Made by a program: the position numbers and the translations under genes
Notes under the pieces: generated by a model
What the model was told of the DNA's origin: nothing
Database searches by the model: none
The model's input: only the letters and a program-made list of their open reading frames with translations
Shown: piece after piece, positions 54,548 to 63,472 of the stretch
How positions within the stretch are numbered: the stretch's first letter is position 1
Layout of the letters: every line of letters begins with the position of its first letter
Source of the DNA: Elusimicrobiota bacterium
GTDB taxonomy: Bacteria; Elusimicrobiota; Elusimicrobia; UBA1565
Direction: 5' to 3'
Assembly (NCBI GenBank): GCA_043827405.1
Contig: JBDRPD010000034.1
Coordinates: forward strand, 40,175 to 104,174
DNA: 64,000 bases

Positions 54548-55027
54548 TCAGTTTACCCGGCGCAGCTTAACCGGAGCGTCGGCCGCCCGGTAAAGGCGTA
54601 TGGCATAAGGCTGGGTGAAAGCCTGGATGACGAAGCTCGAGCTCGCCGGCGCCGCCGCGCGGTAGGGCAGAGCTATCGCCTGTCCCGCGGCCGCGGGGGG
54701 GAGAAACTCGACGCCGTAGCCGCCGGTGTTGCGTACGCCGAGAAACACCGCCGCCGCGAAATACTTCTTGAAGTCGACCGGCGGCGCGTCGGCGCCGAAG
54801 GCTTCCCGCCAGAGCGCCTTCCATGCCTCCTCGTCACGGATGACGCGTTCCCCGGCGGCGGCGATTGAGCAGTTGGCGCCTTCCCAGGTAGACGGCGAGA
54901 CGTCCACGACGATCAGGCCGGATGGGTCATTCATGGTACCTTGCTCCTTTTCCGCGGGGGTGCGCGCCATGGCGGTCAGCAGGGCGGCCGCCGCGCAAAG
55001 GAAGACGCCCGCCCGCAGCCGGCTCAT
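54548..55027 (-). CDS. PrcB C-terminal-domain exported protein
   Basis: 'W..LW...P.VDF......VFLG.RNTGGY.V....QAFTQPY'. Confidence 0.8.
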   Translation of the reverse strand: MSRLRAGVFLCAAAALLTAMARTPAEKEQGTMNDPSGLIVVDVSPSTWEGANCSIAAAGERVIRDEEAWKALWREAFGADAPPVDFKKYFAAAVFLGVRNTGGYGVEFLPPAAAGQAIALPYRAAAPASSSFVIQAFTQPYAIRLYRAADAPVKLRRVN

Positions 55028-56577
55028 GGGGCCGTGGACGGCAGAGTGAGGATGATGGTCGTGCCTTCGCCGATCCGGCTTTCCAGGCGGACCGAGCCGT
55101 TGAGCTTCTGCAGAACCTTGCTGACGAACGGGAGGCCCAGCCCCCAGCCCTCGATCTGCCCGGTGAAGGATGATTCGACCTGGTAAAACTTCTTAAAGAT
55201 ATTCTCGGTCTCTTCCGGCGGAATGCCCGGTCCGTTGTCCTGCACGCGTATTTCCACCGTGCCGTTGTCGCCCGGCGCGGCCCACAGCAGCACTTTTCCG
55301 CTGCCCTTCTCCGAGAACTTGATTCCGTTTTCGATCAGGTTCTTCACCGCGTCGCGGATAAGCAGCGGATCGCCGTAAGCGGTTAGTCCCGACGCGGAGC
55401 GCAGTTCGGACGCGCCTTGGTAATCTTCGAGCCAGGTTTCCGTTCCCTTAATGGCGTCCTGCAGGGCTTCGTCCACGGCGAAGGATTTCAGCGCGCAGTC
55501 CGCGGCGTCGAGTTCTTCCAGGACTGTATAGTTGAGCAGCTTCTCCACCAGGACTGCGAGCTTCGACCCCTGGGTGTAGATGGTCTGCAGGCCTCTGACC
55601 GCGAACTCCGTTCCCGGCTTCTTCTTTAGATCGCTCAGCAGCAGCTGGCTGTAGCCCGTCACCGAAGAGAGGGGCGTCTTGAGCTTGTGCGAGATGAGCG
55701 AGAGGAAGCTGCGCTTGAGGCCTTCTTCCTGCTTTTCCTCGGTGACGTCGCGAAAGACGATGACCCGTCCCTGGAGCGCCGATTCGATGAGGGACGCCGT
55801 GCCGGCGAGCACCAGCTTTTTAGGCTGCTCCCGTACCGCTTCGAAGCGCACCAGCGGCTCGGTCGAGGCGAGCACGGCCTCATAGGGCGGCGTGAGCGTC
55901 ATGCCGGAAAGGCCCTCTTGGACGGTTCCGGGCGCGTCGCTGCGGCCAAAGAAGCGCGTCGCGGCCGCGTTGGCGAAGACGATGCCGCCGCGGCCGTCGG
56001 TCAGAATCGCGGCGTCCTGCATCTCGTTGAGCAGGGTGTCGAGCTTGCGCCGCTCCTCCGCGACCGAAGCGAAAAGGCGGGCGTTGTCGATGGCGATGGC
56101 CGCCTGCGAGGCGAAGGCCTCGAAGAACCGCAGGTCGGTCAGCGTAAACTCGCCCTCGAGCTTGTTGAGCCCCTGGGCGACGCCGATGCATTTGCCGCGC
56201 AGCAGGAGCGGGACCGCGATGATCGACCGCGTGACGTAGCCGGACTTCTTATCCGCTTTCGAGTACCAGCGGGGATCGCTGCGGGCGTTGTTGATGACGA
56301 TGGGCTTGCGCTGCTGGGCTACGGCGCCGGCGATGCCCTGGCCCATTTTGAGCCGAATCTTGGCTACTTCCGGCGGCAGGCCCATAGCGACGTCGAAATA
56401 GAGCTCTTGCGCCCCTTCGTCGACGAGAAACAGGCTCGCGCGATCGGCGTTGACGACGCGCGCCGCCAGCGGAATAATAATATGCAGGAGCTCCGAGAGC
56501 TTCAGCTTAGAGGAGAGCAGCCGACCGACTTCTAGGAGCAGTTCCGTCTTCTGGGTTTTGAGTTTAGCGAGTGACAC
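55024..56577 (-). CDS. Cytoplasmic GAF-PAS histidine kinase
   Basis: GAF 'GQGIAG.VA', 'AIAIDNARL'; PAS; H box 'ISHKLKTPL'; 'N..ENG.KF', 'DNGPGI', 'GWGLGL'. Confidence 0.92.
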   Translation of the reverse strand: MSLAKLKTQKTELLLEVGRLLSSKLKLSELLHIIIPLAARVVNADRASLFLVDEGAQELYFDVAMGLPPEVAKIRLKMGQGIAGAVAQQRKPIVINNARSDPRWYSKADKKSGYVTRSIIAVPLLLRGKCIGVAQGLNKLEGEFTLTDLRFFEAFASQAAIAIDNARLFASVAEERRKLDTLLNEMQDAAILTDGRGGIVFANAAATRFFGRSDAPGTVQEGLSGMTLTPPYEAVLASTEPLVRFEAVREQPKKLVLAGTASLIESALQGRVIVFRDVTEEKQEEGLKRSFLSLISHKLKTPLSSVTGYSQLLLSDLKKKPGTEFAVRGLQTIYTQGSKLAVLVEKLLNYTVLEELDAADCALKSFAVDEALQDAIKGTETWLEDYQGASELRSASGLTAYGDPLLIRDAVKNLIENGIKFSEKGSGKVLLWAAPGDNGTVEIRVQDNGPGIPPEETENIFKKFYQVESSFTGQIEGWGLGLPFVSKVLQKLNGSVRLESRIGEGTTIILTLPSTAP

Positions 56578-56665
56578 GGCTGCTTGATTTTATCATATCG
56601 TCCCGGAGGGGACGGCGGACGGGGTGTTGCGGGGCCTTGGGTGAAGGGCTATACTTTGATCCATA

Positions 56666-57040
56666 GTGGGCGACAAGAAAAAAATCCTGATCGCGGAAGA
56701 CGATCCGGAGTACCTAGACCTGCTCAAGTATGCGCTGACCACGGCGGGCTATGCCGTGACGGCCTGCGAGGACGGCGGCAAGGCTCTGGAGGCGGCGCTC
56801 GCCGACCGGCCGGACCTGGTGCTGACCGACGTGCGCATGCCGGAGCTTGACGGCTATCATTTCGCCCAGGAACTGGGCGACAAGTACGGCGCGGACTGTC
56901 CCAAGATCATTGTTATGACCAGCCGCGACATCGAGCGGGAAAAGGGTGTGGCCCTGCTCAGCGGCGCCGCCAATATCATCCAGAAGCCTTTTAAGATTTC
57001 CCTCCTGAAAGAGCAGATCGAAAAACTGCTCGGAGAGTAG
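56666..57040 (+). CDS. Single-domain response regulator
   Basis: 'AEDD', 'DVRMP.LDG', 'T', 'KPF'; divergent from the kinase. Confidence 0.9.
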   Translation: MGDKKKILIAEDDPEYLDLLKYALTTAGYAVTACEDGGKALEAALADRPDLVLTDVRMPELDGYHFAQELGDKYGADCPKIIVMTSRDIEREKGVALLSGAANIIQKPFKISLLKEQIEKLLGE

Positions 57041-57046
57041 CCGCAA

Positions 57047-57754
57047 GTGGAGCGGCTCGGCGACCTTGTCGCGGCAGGGGTCGTCCTCTACTGCGTGGTG
57101 CGGGGGTTTCAGCGCGGGTTTTATGGAGCCCTGCTTTCCTTCGCCGGTCTGGTCGGCGGCTATGTCGCGGTCTATTTTTTTTCCCGGCCTTGCGGAACCT
57201 ATCTCGCGGAGCATGAGGTTTTGCCGCAAATGTTCGCGGGCATGGCGGCGAGCATGCTCATTTTCATGGCCGTCAGCCTGACGGCCAGCCTGCTCTCGAC
57301 CTTGCTCTCCGGCCTGCTGGTGCCCAAAGACGGGAGCAGCTTGATCGCGCGCTTCTACCGCCTGGGCGGCGCGGCGGTCGGCCTCGTCTCGGGAGGATTC
57401 TTCGCCGCGATCTATGTGCTCCTCATTCTGTTCCTGCGGGCCGGCAACGCCGCGGTGCGCTCTCAGGACTTCACTCCGGCGACCAGCGAACGTGTCGTCG
57501 CGCGCGCGGCGACGGCGGCCATGGAGCTGTTTGTCGACAACCCCGCGAAATCGAAGAACCTCGCCGTCGTCGGCGTCTTTATGGTCGTCTCCGATCCGGA
57601 AAAAGGCATGGTTGAGCTGAAGGAGAAGGCGAAGGAGAAAGCCGAGGAGCACGCCAAGAAGGCCCAGTCGCAGCTGCCCAAGGATCTCGACCCGCGCGTC
57701 AAGGAGATGCTGGAAAACCCCGAAATCCGCAAGCTGCAGCAGCAGTTCAACTGA
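57047..57754 (+). CDS. cvpA: CvpA-family membrane protein
   Basis: 'D........RGF.RGF', four TMs, 'RLGGA..GL..G'. Confidence 0.75.
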   Translation: MERLGDLVAAGVVLYCVVRGFQRGFYGALLSFAGLVGGYVAVYFFSRPCGTYLAEHEVLPQMFAGMAASMLIFMAVSLTASLLSTLLSGLLVPKDGSSLIARFYRLGGAAVGLVSGGFFAAIYVLLILFLRAGNAAVRSQDFTPATSERVVARAATAAMELFVDNPAKSKNLAVVGVFMVVSDPEKGMVELKEKAKEKAEEHAKKAQSQLPKDLDPRVKEMLENPEIRKLQQQFN

Positions 57755-57808
57755 TCACCCGGCGCGTTCGGGCGGATGCGCGAAGCGGGCCTTCGCCCGA
57801 CATCAGCA

Positions 57809-57846
57809 TGGGCCCTAGGTCCCAAAAGACCAGGGGTCCTAGGACC
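57809..57846. promoter_or_regulatory. Two CCTAGG-centred palindromes, probable operator
   Basis: TGGGCCCTAGGTCCCA (57809-57824) and perfect GGTCCTAGGACC (57835-57846), centres 24 bp apart. Confidence 0.6.
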
Positions 57847-57855
57847 TAAAAAAGC

Positions 57856-57884
57856 TTGCATCGCTCCCCCCAGAAAAGTACTGT
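57856..57884 (+). promoter_or_regulatory. Sigma70-type promoter for the protease pair
   Basis: TTGCAT-N17-TACTGT. Confidence 0.55.
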
Positions 57885-57930
57885 TTTACTGTAAGCGCCG
57901 GTTGAGCAGAAACAAGGTGGGGGTGGTGGT

Positions 57931-58926
57931 ATGCTCAGAAAGTCTATTGTCGCAGCCGTTGCTGTATTGCTGCTCGCCGCCACGCCGGTTGCGCGCTCGC
58001 CGCAGGTTCTCTGCGAAGGTTTCCTTCCCGAAAACGACCTAAAAATCCCGATCATGAAGTCGGCCAGTTTGACCGGGATGACCGAGAGTCAGTTCAACGA
58101 GGTTCTGGATAAGGTCGAGAGGATTTATGCGCCGGTTGTTTCCGCGATGGGGGGCAATCTCAAAATCAAGCGCCTGTGGACCGATGATACCGTAAATGCC
58201 TCGGCTCAAAGATGGGGCAGTACATGGATCCTTAATATGTACGGCGGGTTGGCCCGTCATGAGGCGATAACGCAGGACGGTTTCGCGCTGGTGGTCTGCC
58301 ATGAATTGGGGCATCATTTGGGCGGAGCGCCGAAGATGGGCGGACGCTGGGCGTCCAATGAGGGGCAGAGCGACTACTTCTCGACCATGAAGTGCCTGCG
58401 TAAGGTCTTCGCAGACGCCGGTTCCTCGGGTTTTAGCCGGCCGGCGGCGATGGCGGACCCCTTCGTCGCCAAGCAATGCGGTGAGAAGTATGCCGGCGGC
58501 AAGGAGCGCGCGCTCTGCAAGCGCCTGGCCGCGGCCGGAATGTCGGTTTCGTCGCTGTTTCAGATCGGGCGCGGTGAAGAGACGACGCCGAGCTTCGCAA
58601 CGCCGGACCCCCGTGTCGTCGGTTCGACCCAGGACCAGCATCCGGCGACCCAATGCCGCCTGGATACCTACTTTTCGGGCGCGCTGTGCCCGAAGTCGGC
58701 TTATGAGGATGTGGACCAAGGCGACGCCGCGGTGGGCACCTGCACGCGCGCGGAAGGTTATGCCTGGGCGGCCCGGCCGCGCTGCTGGTATAAGCCGCCC
58801 AAGGCGGAAAAAGCGGAGCTGGTTAAGGCGGAGATAAGTGAATCTCCGCTCAAGCTCCCGTTGGCATACAAAAAGGAAGACTCGGCTTTTGCGGCATTGC
58901 GCCGCATGGCGGACGGCTCTCGTTAG
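57931..58926 (+). CDS. Secreted Cys-rich HExxH zinc metalloprotease, copy 1
   Basis: Signal peptide; 'TVNASA', 'CHELGHHLGGAP', 'NEGQSDYF', 'HPATQCRLDTY', 'RPRCWYKP'. Confidence 0.82.
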   Translation: MLRKSIVAAVAVLLLAATPVARSPQVLCEGFLPENDLKIPIMKSASLTGMTESQFNEVLDKVERIYAPVVSAMGGNLKIKRLWTDDTVNASAQRWGSTWILNMYGGLARHEAITQDGFALVVCHELGHHLGGAPKMGGRWASNEGQSDYFSTMKCLRKVFADAGSSGFSRPAAMADPFVAKQCGEKYAGGKERALCKRLAAAGMSVSSLFQIGRGEETTPSFATPDPRVVGSTQDQHPATQCRLDTYFSGALCPKSAYEDVDQGDAAVGTCTRAEGYAWAARPRCWYKPPKAEKAELVKAEISESPLKLPLAYKKEDSAFAALRRMADGSR

Positions 58927-58948
58927 GGCCACTACTTAGGAGGTCGTT

Positions 58949-59950
58949 ATGATTCGGAAATTAAGCATTCTTGTTTTTAGCGCGTTTATTCTCGCGGCGA
59001 TGCCGCACGCGCGTTCTTCACAGACGCTGTGCGACGGCTTCCTGCCTGAAAATGACCTCAAGATCGAGGTGGGTTCCCTGGAGGCGAAGGGCATCACCGA
59101 GGCGCAGTTCAATGCGGTCCTCGATGTGGTCCAGGAGATCTATAAGCCGGTCGTGGCGCAGAGGGGCGGTACCCTGGTCATCGACCGCCGCTGGGACGAC
59201 CCCACGGTCAATGCCTCGGCGATGCAATGGGGGAGCACCTGGATCATCAACATGTACGGCGGCCTCGCCCGGCATGAGACGATTACCCAGGACGGCTTCG
59301 CGCTGGTGGCCTGCCACGAGATGGGCCACCATGTGGGCGGGGCGCCGAAGATCGGTACCCGCTGGGCATCCAACGAGGGGCAGAGCGACTACTTCGCGAC
59401 CCTGAAGTGTCTGCGCAAGGTCTACCGGCACGGGGGCGCCGGCGCCTTCAGCCGACCGCTCTCAGCCAATCCGTTCGCCAAGAAAATGTGCGATGAGCGC
59501 TTCTCCGCCGCGGCCGACCGCGCGGCCTGCATGCGCAACGCCGGCGCCGGCATGTCGGTCGCTAAACTGTTCCAGGTGCTGCGGGGCGAGGCGAAGGCGC
59601 CGCGCTTCGACACTCCCGATCCGGCCGTGGTGGGCGAGACCCAGGACAAGCACCCGGCTACCCAGTGCCGCATCGACACCTACTTCTCGGGCGGGCTCTG
59701 CCCCAAGCCGGACAGCGAGAACGTAAGCCGGAGCGATCCCTCCGTCGGCACCTGCACCCGCGCCGAGGGCTTCGCCTGGGAGACGCGCTCGCGCTGCTGG
59801 TATAAGCCGCCGGCTGGAATGACGGATATGCTGCTGGTGCGCCAAGCTATAGACGAGTCGCCGTTGCGTAATGACGAACTCCCCGCGACGTTCAGGAAGG
59901 AGGGTTCTGTCTTCTCGGCTCTGCGCCGGATGGCCGACTCGTCCCGTTAG
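58949..59950 (+). CDS. Secreted Cys-rich HExxH zinc metalloprotease, copy 2
   Basis: AGGAGG RBS; signal peptide; 'CHEMGHHVGGAP', 'NEGQSDYF'; collinear paralog of previous gene. Confidence 0.82.
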   Translation: MIRKLSILVFSAFILAAMPHARSSQTLCDGFLPENDLKIEVGSLEAKGITEAQFNAVLDVVQEIYKPVVAQRGGTLVIDRRWDDPTVNASAMQWGSTWIINMYGGLARHETITQDGFALVACHEMGHHVGGAPKIGTRWASNEGQSDYFATLKCLRKVYRHGGAGAFSRPLSANPFAKKMCDERFSAAADRAACMRNAGAGMSVAKLFQVLRGEAKAPRFDTPDPAVVGETQDKHPATQCRIDTYFSGGLCPKPDSENVSRSDPSVGTCTRAEGFAWETRSRCWYKPPAGMTDMLLVRQAIDESPLRNDELPATFRKEGSVFSALRRMADSSR

Positions 59951-59971
59951 GGGAAGCTCTAACGGCAGAAG

Positions 59972-60009
59972 ACCGGCTCCCGGGCTGCGCCCGGGGGCCG
60001 GTTTTATTT
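59972..60009 (+). terminator. Rho-independent terminator
   Basis: ACCGGCTCCCGGGC-tgc-GCCCGGGGGCCGGT stem followed by TTTATTT, between convergent genes. Confidence 0.75.
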
Positions 60010-60777
60010 CAGCAGGGAGGGGAGTTCGGCTATTGAGCCGAGGATGCGGTCGGGACGGACGCCGCTTGCGGCGAAGAGCTCGTCGCGGTATTTCCCCGTT
60101 TTGATGAGGACGCCGGACAGTCCCGCCGCCTGGGCGCCGGCCACGTCCGACTCGCAGTCGTCGCCGAGCATGGCGGTTTCTGCCGGTTCCAGGCCGATGC
60201 GTCGGGCCGCCAAGCGGAAGAAGTCGGCTGACGGCTTACCGATGATTCGGGCCGGCTTGCCGGAGGCGTACTCCAAGGCGGCGATAAACCCGCCGGCGTC
60301 CATGCGTAGACGGCCGTCTTTTTCCCAGTAGCGGTTCTTGTGCAGGGCGACCAGTACGGCGCCGTCGATCAAGTGTTCGAAAGCCTCGTTGAGCCGGAGA
60401 TAGTCGAATTTATCCCCGAGATCCCCGACCACGACGCAGTCGGGATCTTTTTGGGTTATGCTGATCCCGGCGAAGTCCTCGCGCAGATGCTCGCCGGCCA
60501 GCAGGCGGCAGCGGGTCAGCCCCTCGGCGCGCAGCCAGGCGGCGGCGGCCACGGGCGCGGTGAAGACGTCATTGGCGCCGGCCGGGAGGCGCGCCGCGGC
60601 CAGCCGCGCCAGAACGGCGGTGCGGTTGATGCGGGTGGCGTTGGTGACGATGATGAAGGGAACCCGGTCGGCGCGCAGACGCTCGAGAGCCGCGGCCGCT
60701 CCGGGCAGCGCTTTGCCGCCGGAAATCAGCACGCCGTCGAGATCGATGAGGAGGCCTTTGGGTGTCTTCCAGGGCAT
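60004..60777 (-). CDS. HAD-IIA hydrolase, LHPP-like
   Basis: 'DLDGV', 'TN.T', 'LN.AF..L..GA.LVALHKNRYW', 'GKPS..FF', 'GDD..SDV.GAQ.AG', 'TGKY'. Confidence 0.88.
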   Translation of the reverse strand: MPWKTPKGLLIDLDGVLISGGKALPGAAAALERLRADRVPFIIVTNATRINRTAVLARLAAARLPAGANDVFTAPVAAAAWLRAEGLTRCRLLAGEHLREDFAGISITQKDPDCVVVGDLGDKFDYLRLNEAFEHLIDGAVLVALHKNRYWEKDGRLRMDAGGFIAALEYASGKPARIIGKPSADFFRLAARRIGLEPAETAMLGDDCESDVAGAQAAGLSGVLIKTGKYRDELFAASGVRPDRILGSIAELPSLLK

Positions 60778-60830
60778 GGCTGCGGAGTATGATACAAACG
60801 TTGGGCCGCGGTCTTTGTCTATAATGAGAC

Positions 60831-61988
60831 GTGCGCACAGTGTGGGAGGGCTGGGGCGTTTGCTATCCGCCGCGCCGTTCGTGGACGCCGTTGGCGGCGG
60901 ACCGGGCAAGGCGCGCGTGGGGCGCCGTCGAGAGAGCCGTGCCGCGCGGAATCTACGTTCATTTGCCGGAAGAGCTGCGCGGGCTCAGCGGCCGCTTCAC
61001 CGGTCCGCGTCATCCCTACATCGACTGCCTGGCGCGCGAAGCGGACCTGCTGCAGGTCTCCGGCCGGCTGCGCTTTGCGACGCTTTATATCGGCAGCTTC
61101 GGCGACGGGACCCTTACCTCCCTTTCCGCCCCGCAGCTCGAGCGCTTCCTCGGCTGGCTGCGCCGGCGCTTCCGCTTCCGGCCGCTGCGCCAGTTCACCA
61201 TCGAGGTCGATTTCGCGGCGTTGACGGCGGAGCAGGCCGGCGCGCTGGCGGGCGCCGGCGTGGACCGGGTTTCCGGAACGGTCCCCCCGCTGCCGCCCTC
61301 CGGGGCTGCGGCGCGCGCTTTTTGCCGCGGTGTCAAGTTATGCCGCGGCCGAGGGATTCGCCATATTGATCTTGACCTAATGGTCGGACGGCCGGAAGAT
61401 GACGCGGCCGGCGCGTCGCGGCGGGCAGATCTCATCGCGCGGCTCGCGCCCGATACCGCGCACCTGCAGGAATATGTGATGCCGGGCGGGCGCCCCCCGG
61501 CGGAGCGCGCACAAATGCTGCGCCGCGCGCACGAACGCCTGGCGCGGGCCAACCCGTCGCTGCTGCGCTACAGCCGGCGTCATGCGGGCATGAACCTGCA
61601 GCTGCTGCATGCCTCCCGCCGCCGCGCGACGATCCTCGGACTGGGCTGGGGCGCCGTCTCGCATGTGTACTCGCGGCTTACCTACGAGAAACGGGGGACG
61701 CTGGCCGGCTATATGCGCGGCCTGCTGCGCGGTCGTCTGCCGCGGCTGGCGGGCGCGGCGCTGAGCGCGCGGCAGGAACAGCGGGCCTTCCTCATTGGGG
61801 CCGTGGAGGAACGGGGAGTGATCGACCGCATGGCCTTCCGGCAGGCCTTCGGCCGCGAGCCGGAGGAAGCCTTTCCCGGAGTCTTCCGGCGCCTGACGGA
61901 CTCGGGACTCCTGGCGCGGCGCGGCAACCAGCTGCGGCTGGCGGCCGGCGGCGCAGAGCTGTTTTACGAACGCCGGCTCCGTCCATAA
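60831..61988 (+). CDS. HemN/HemW-like protein lacking the CxxxCxxC radical SAM motif
   Basis: 'YPP...W', 'IYVHLP', 'TLYIG...GT.T.L', 'FTIE', 'G..RVS', 'DLMVG.P', 'LGLG.GA.S', HemN-like C-terminus. Confidence 0.7.
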   Translation: MRTVWEGWGVCYPPRRSWTPLAADRARRAWGAVERAVPRGIYVHLPEELRGLSGRFTGPRHPYIDCLAREADLLQVSGRLRFATLYIGSFGDGTLTSLSAPQLERFLGWLRRRFRFRPLRQFTIEVDFAALTAEQAGALAGAGVDRVSGTVPPLPPSGAAARAFCRGVKLCRGRGIRHIDLDLMVGRPEDDAAGASRRADLIARLAPDTAHLQEYVMPGGRPPAERAQMLRRAHERLARANPSLLRYSRRHAGMNLQLLHASRRRATILGLGWGAVSHVYSRLTYEKRGTLAGYMRGLLRGRLPRLAGAALSARQEQRAFLIGAVEERGVIDRMAFRQAFGREPEEAFPGVFRRLTDSGLLARRGNQLRLAAGGAELFYERRLRP

Positions 61989-62034
61989 GCACTAATAATT
62001 CCGACACATCGATGCTCCACTATACCCAGGGGGC

Positions 62035-62613
62035 ATGATGACAGCACGAAGACTCCAATCCCTGCTCGTCGCGGCGGCTTTTGTGTTCGTTAATTCGCCG
62101 GCGTTCGCCGGCGGTCTGCCGCTGGAGGCGCTTTCCCGGGTGGAAGCGGCCGTTCGGGACGGCTTCGGCGGTTCGGCGAAAGGGGTGGAGGGGCGCCTGG
62201 CGGAGTTCGAGAGGAACGTCGCCGGCTTCGTCCGCGTGCCCAACCTGCATATTGATACCGGCGCGCGCGACCTGCGGCTGGAGGTGCTGAAAGCGCGGAC
62301 CGCGGGCGGCCTGACGGTTGATGTGGAAAGCCGTTCCCATATGGGCCGCCTGCCGACGGCCAGCGTGGCCCTGCGCGACCGTGCGACCTCCGCCGCTCTG
62401 CGCGTCGACGCGGCGCCTGACCGCGGGCAGGTTCTGGTCGGGGGAAGCTGGAGCTATCGCGCCGCCTCCCTGCGCGGCGCCGTCGATGGCCGCGGCCGCT
62501 GCGAAGCCGGGCTGTCTGTGGCCTTGAGCAAGACGCAAAGTCTCGACTACAGCATGAAGACGGGCCCCGCGACCGATCACCGGATCGGCTGGTCGCTGCG
62601 GGTCAGCCTTTAG
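62035..62613 (+). CDS. Exported hypothetical protein, beta-strand-rich
   Basis: Signal peptide ending 'PAFA'; alternating hydrophobic strands ending 'WSLRVSL'. Confidence 0.55.
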   Translation: MMTARRLQSLLVAAAFVFVNSPAFAGGLPLEALSRVEAAVRDGFGGSAKGVEGRLAEFERNVAGFVRVPNLHIDTGARDLRLEVLKARTAGGLTVDVESRSHMGRLPTASVALRDRATSAALRVDAAPDRGQVLVGGSWSYRAASLRGAVDGRGRCEAGLSVALSKTQSLDYSMKTGPATDHRIGWSLRVSL

Positions 62614-63466
62614 GCGAACCGGCGACGAAGTCCACCCAGTGCCGCAGCTCGAGCTCGCGGATATTGGGATCGAGGATGTCGTCACCGACCTTGAGCTCCT
62701 CGCGCAGCTCCCGCGAGCCGGGGTCTTTATGCAGGGCGAGCATCTTGTCGGCATGGGCGCGGACCAGGTTCTCGTTTTGGAAGAAGCCTTCCTTGACCAG
62801 GGCCGCGGCCCGTGCCTTGAGCAGGCGGCCCATCTCGTGGAAATTATATTCCGGATGGTACTGTGTTCCCCAAAATACTCCTCCGGCGTGCTCGACGACT
62901 GCCGCCTGCACTCGCGTATGGGCGTTGCCGGCGAGACGGGCGGTGCCGGACGGCAGGCGGGTGACTTCGTCCAGGTGCATGATGAAAGCGTCGAAGCGGC
63001 CCGGCTTGTCGGCCAAGAGCGGCGAAGCTTTGCCGGCGGCGGTGAGCTCGATATCGCGGGCGATGCCCCATTCGCGGCCGTTGGGATTTAATTCCACGCC
63101 GCCGCCCGCGGCGTAGGCCGCGATCTGCAGCCCCCAGCAGCTGCCGCAGCATTTGGCGCCGGCGCGCAGCAGGTCTTGGGCCAGAGCGATCTGCCGCGTG
63201 ACGCGCTCGTCCTTCTCGTGATAGATCGTCAGGTCCGAGCCGGTCCATAGCCAGCCGTCGTAGGCGCGCAGGGCCTCGCCCGTCGGCAGGGGTGTATCCT
63301 CATCAGCGATGAAGAGCACGTCGACGGCCGCTTGCGGGACATAGCGCTTGAGAAAACCGGTGAACAGCTCATGGGGGTGGCCGACGTCGCTGCGCGCGAA
63401 GTTCTCGCGGCTGCTTTTGGGGTAGCAGCCCAGCACGCAGAAAGAAAGCCCGGCGCCTTGGTCCAT
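62603..63466 (-). CDS. Type 1 glutamine amidotransferase
   Basis: 'WTGS', nucleophile elbow 'GSCWGLQ', 'H.DEV..LP', 'QYHPE'. Confidence 0.88.
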   Translation of the reverse strand: MDQGAGLSFCVLGCYPKSSRENFARSDVGHPHELFTGFLKRYVPQAAVDVLFIADEDTPLPTGEALRAYDGWLWTGSDLTIYHEKDERVTRQIALAQDLLRAGAKCCGSCWGLQIAAYAAGGGVELNPNGREWGIARDIELTAAGKASPLLADKPGRFDAFIMHLDEVTRLPSGTARLAGNAHTRVQAAVVEHAGGVFWGTQYHPEYNFHEMGRLLKARAAALVKEGFFQNENLVRAHADKMLALHKDPGSRELREELKVGDDILDPNIRELELRHWVDFVAGSPKG

Positions 63467-63472
63467 GGCGCG

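Noticed and set aside
57755..57930. CRISPR array, tRNA or riboswitch in the largest intergenic gap
   Set aside because: Only two short dyads and a GC hairpin at about 57768-57800; no repeat-spacer periodicity or cloverleaf
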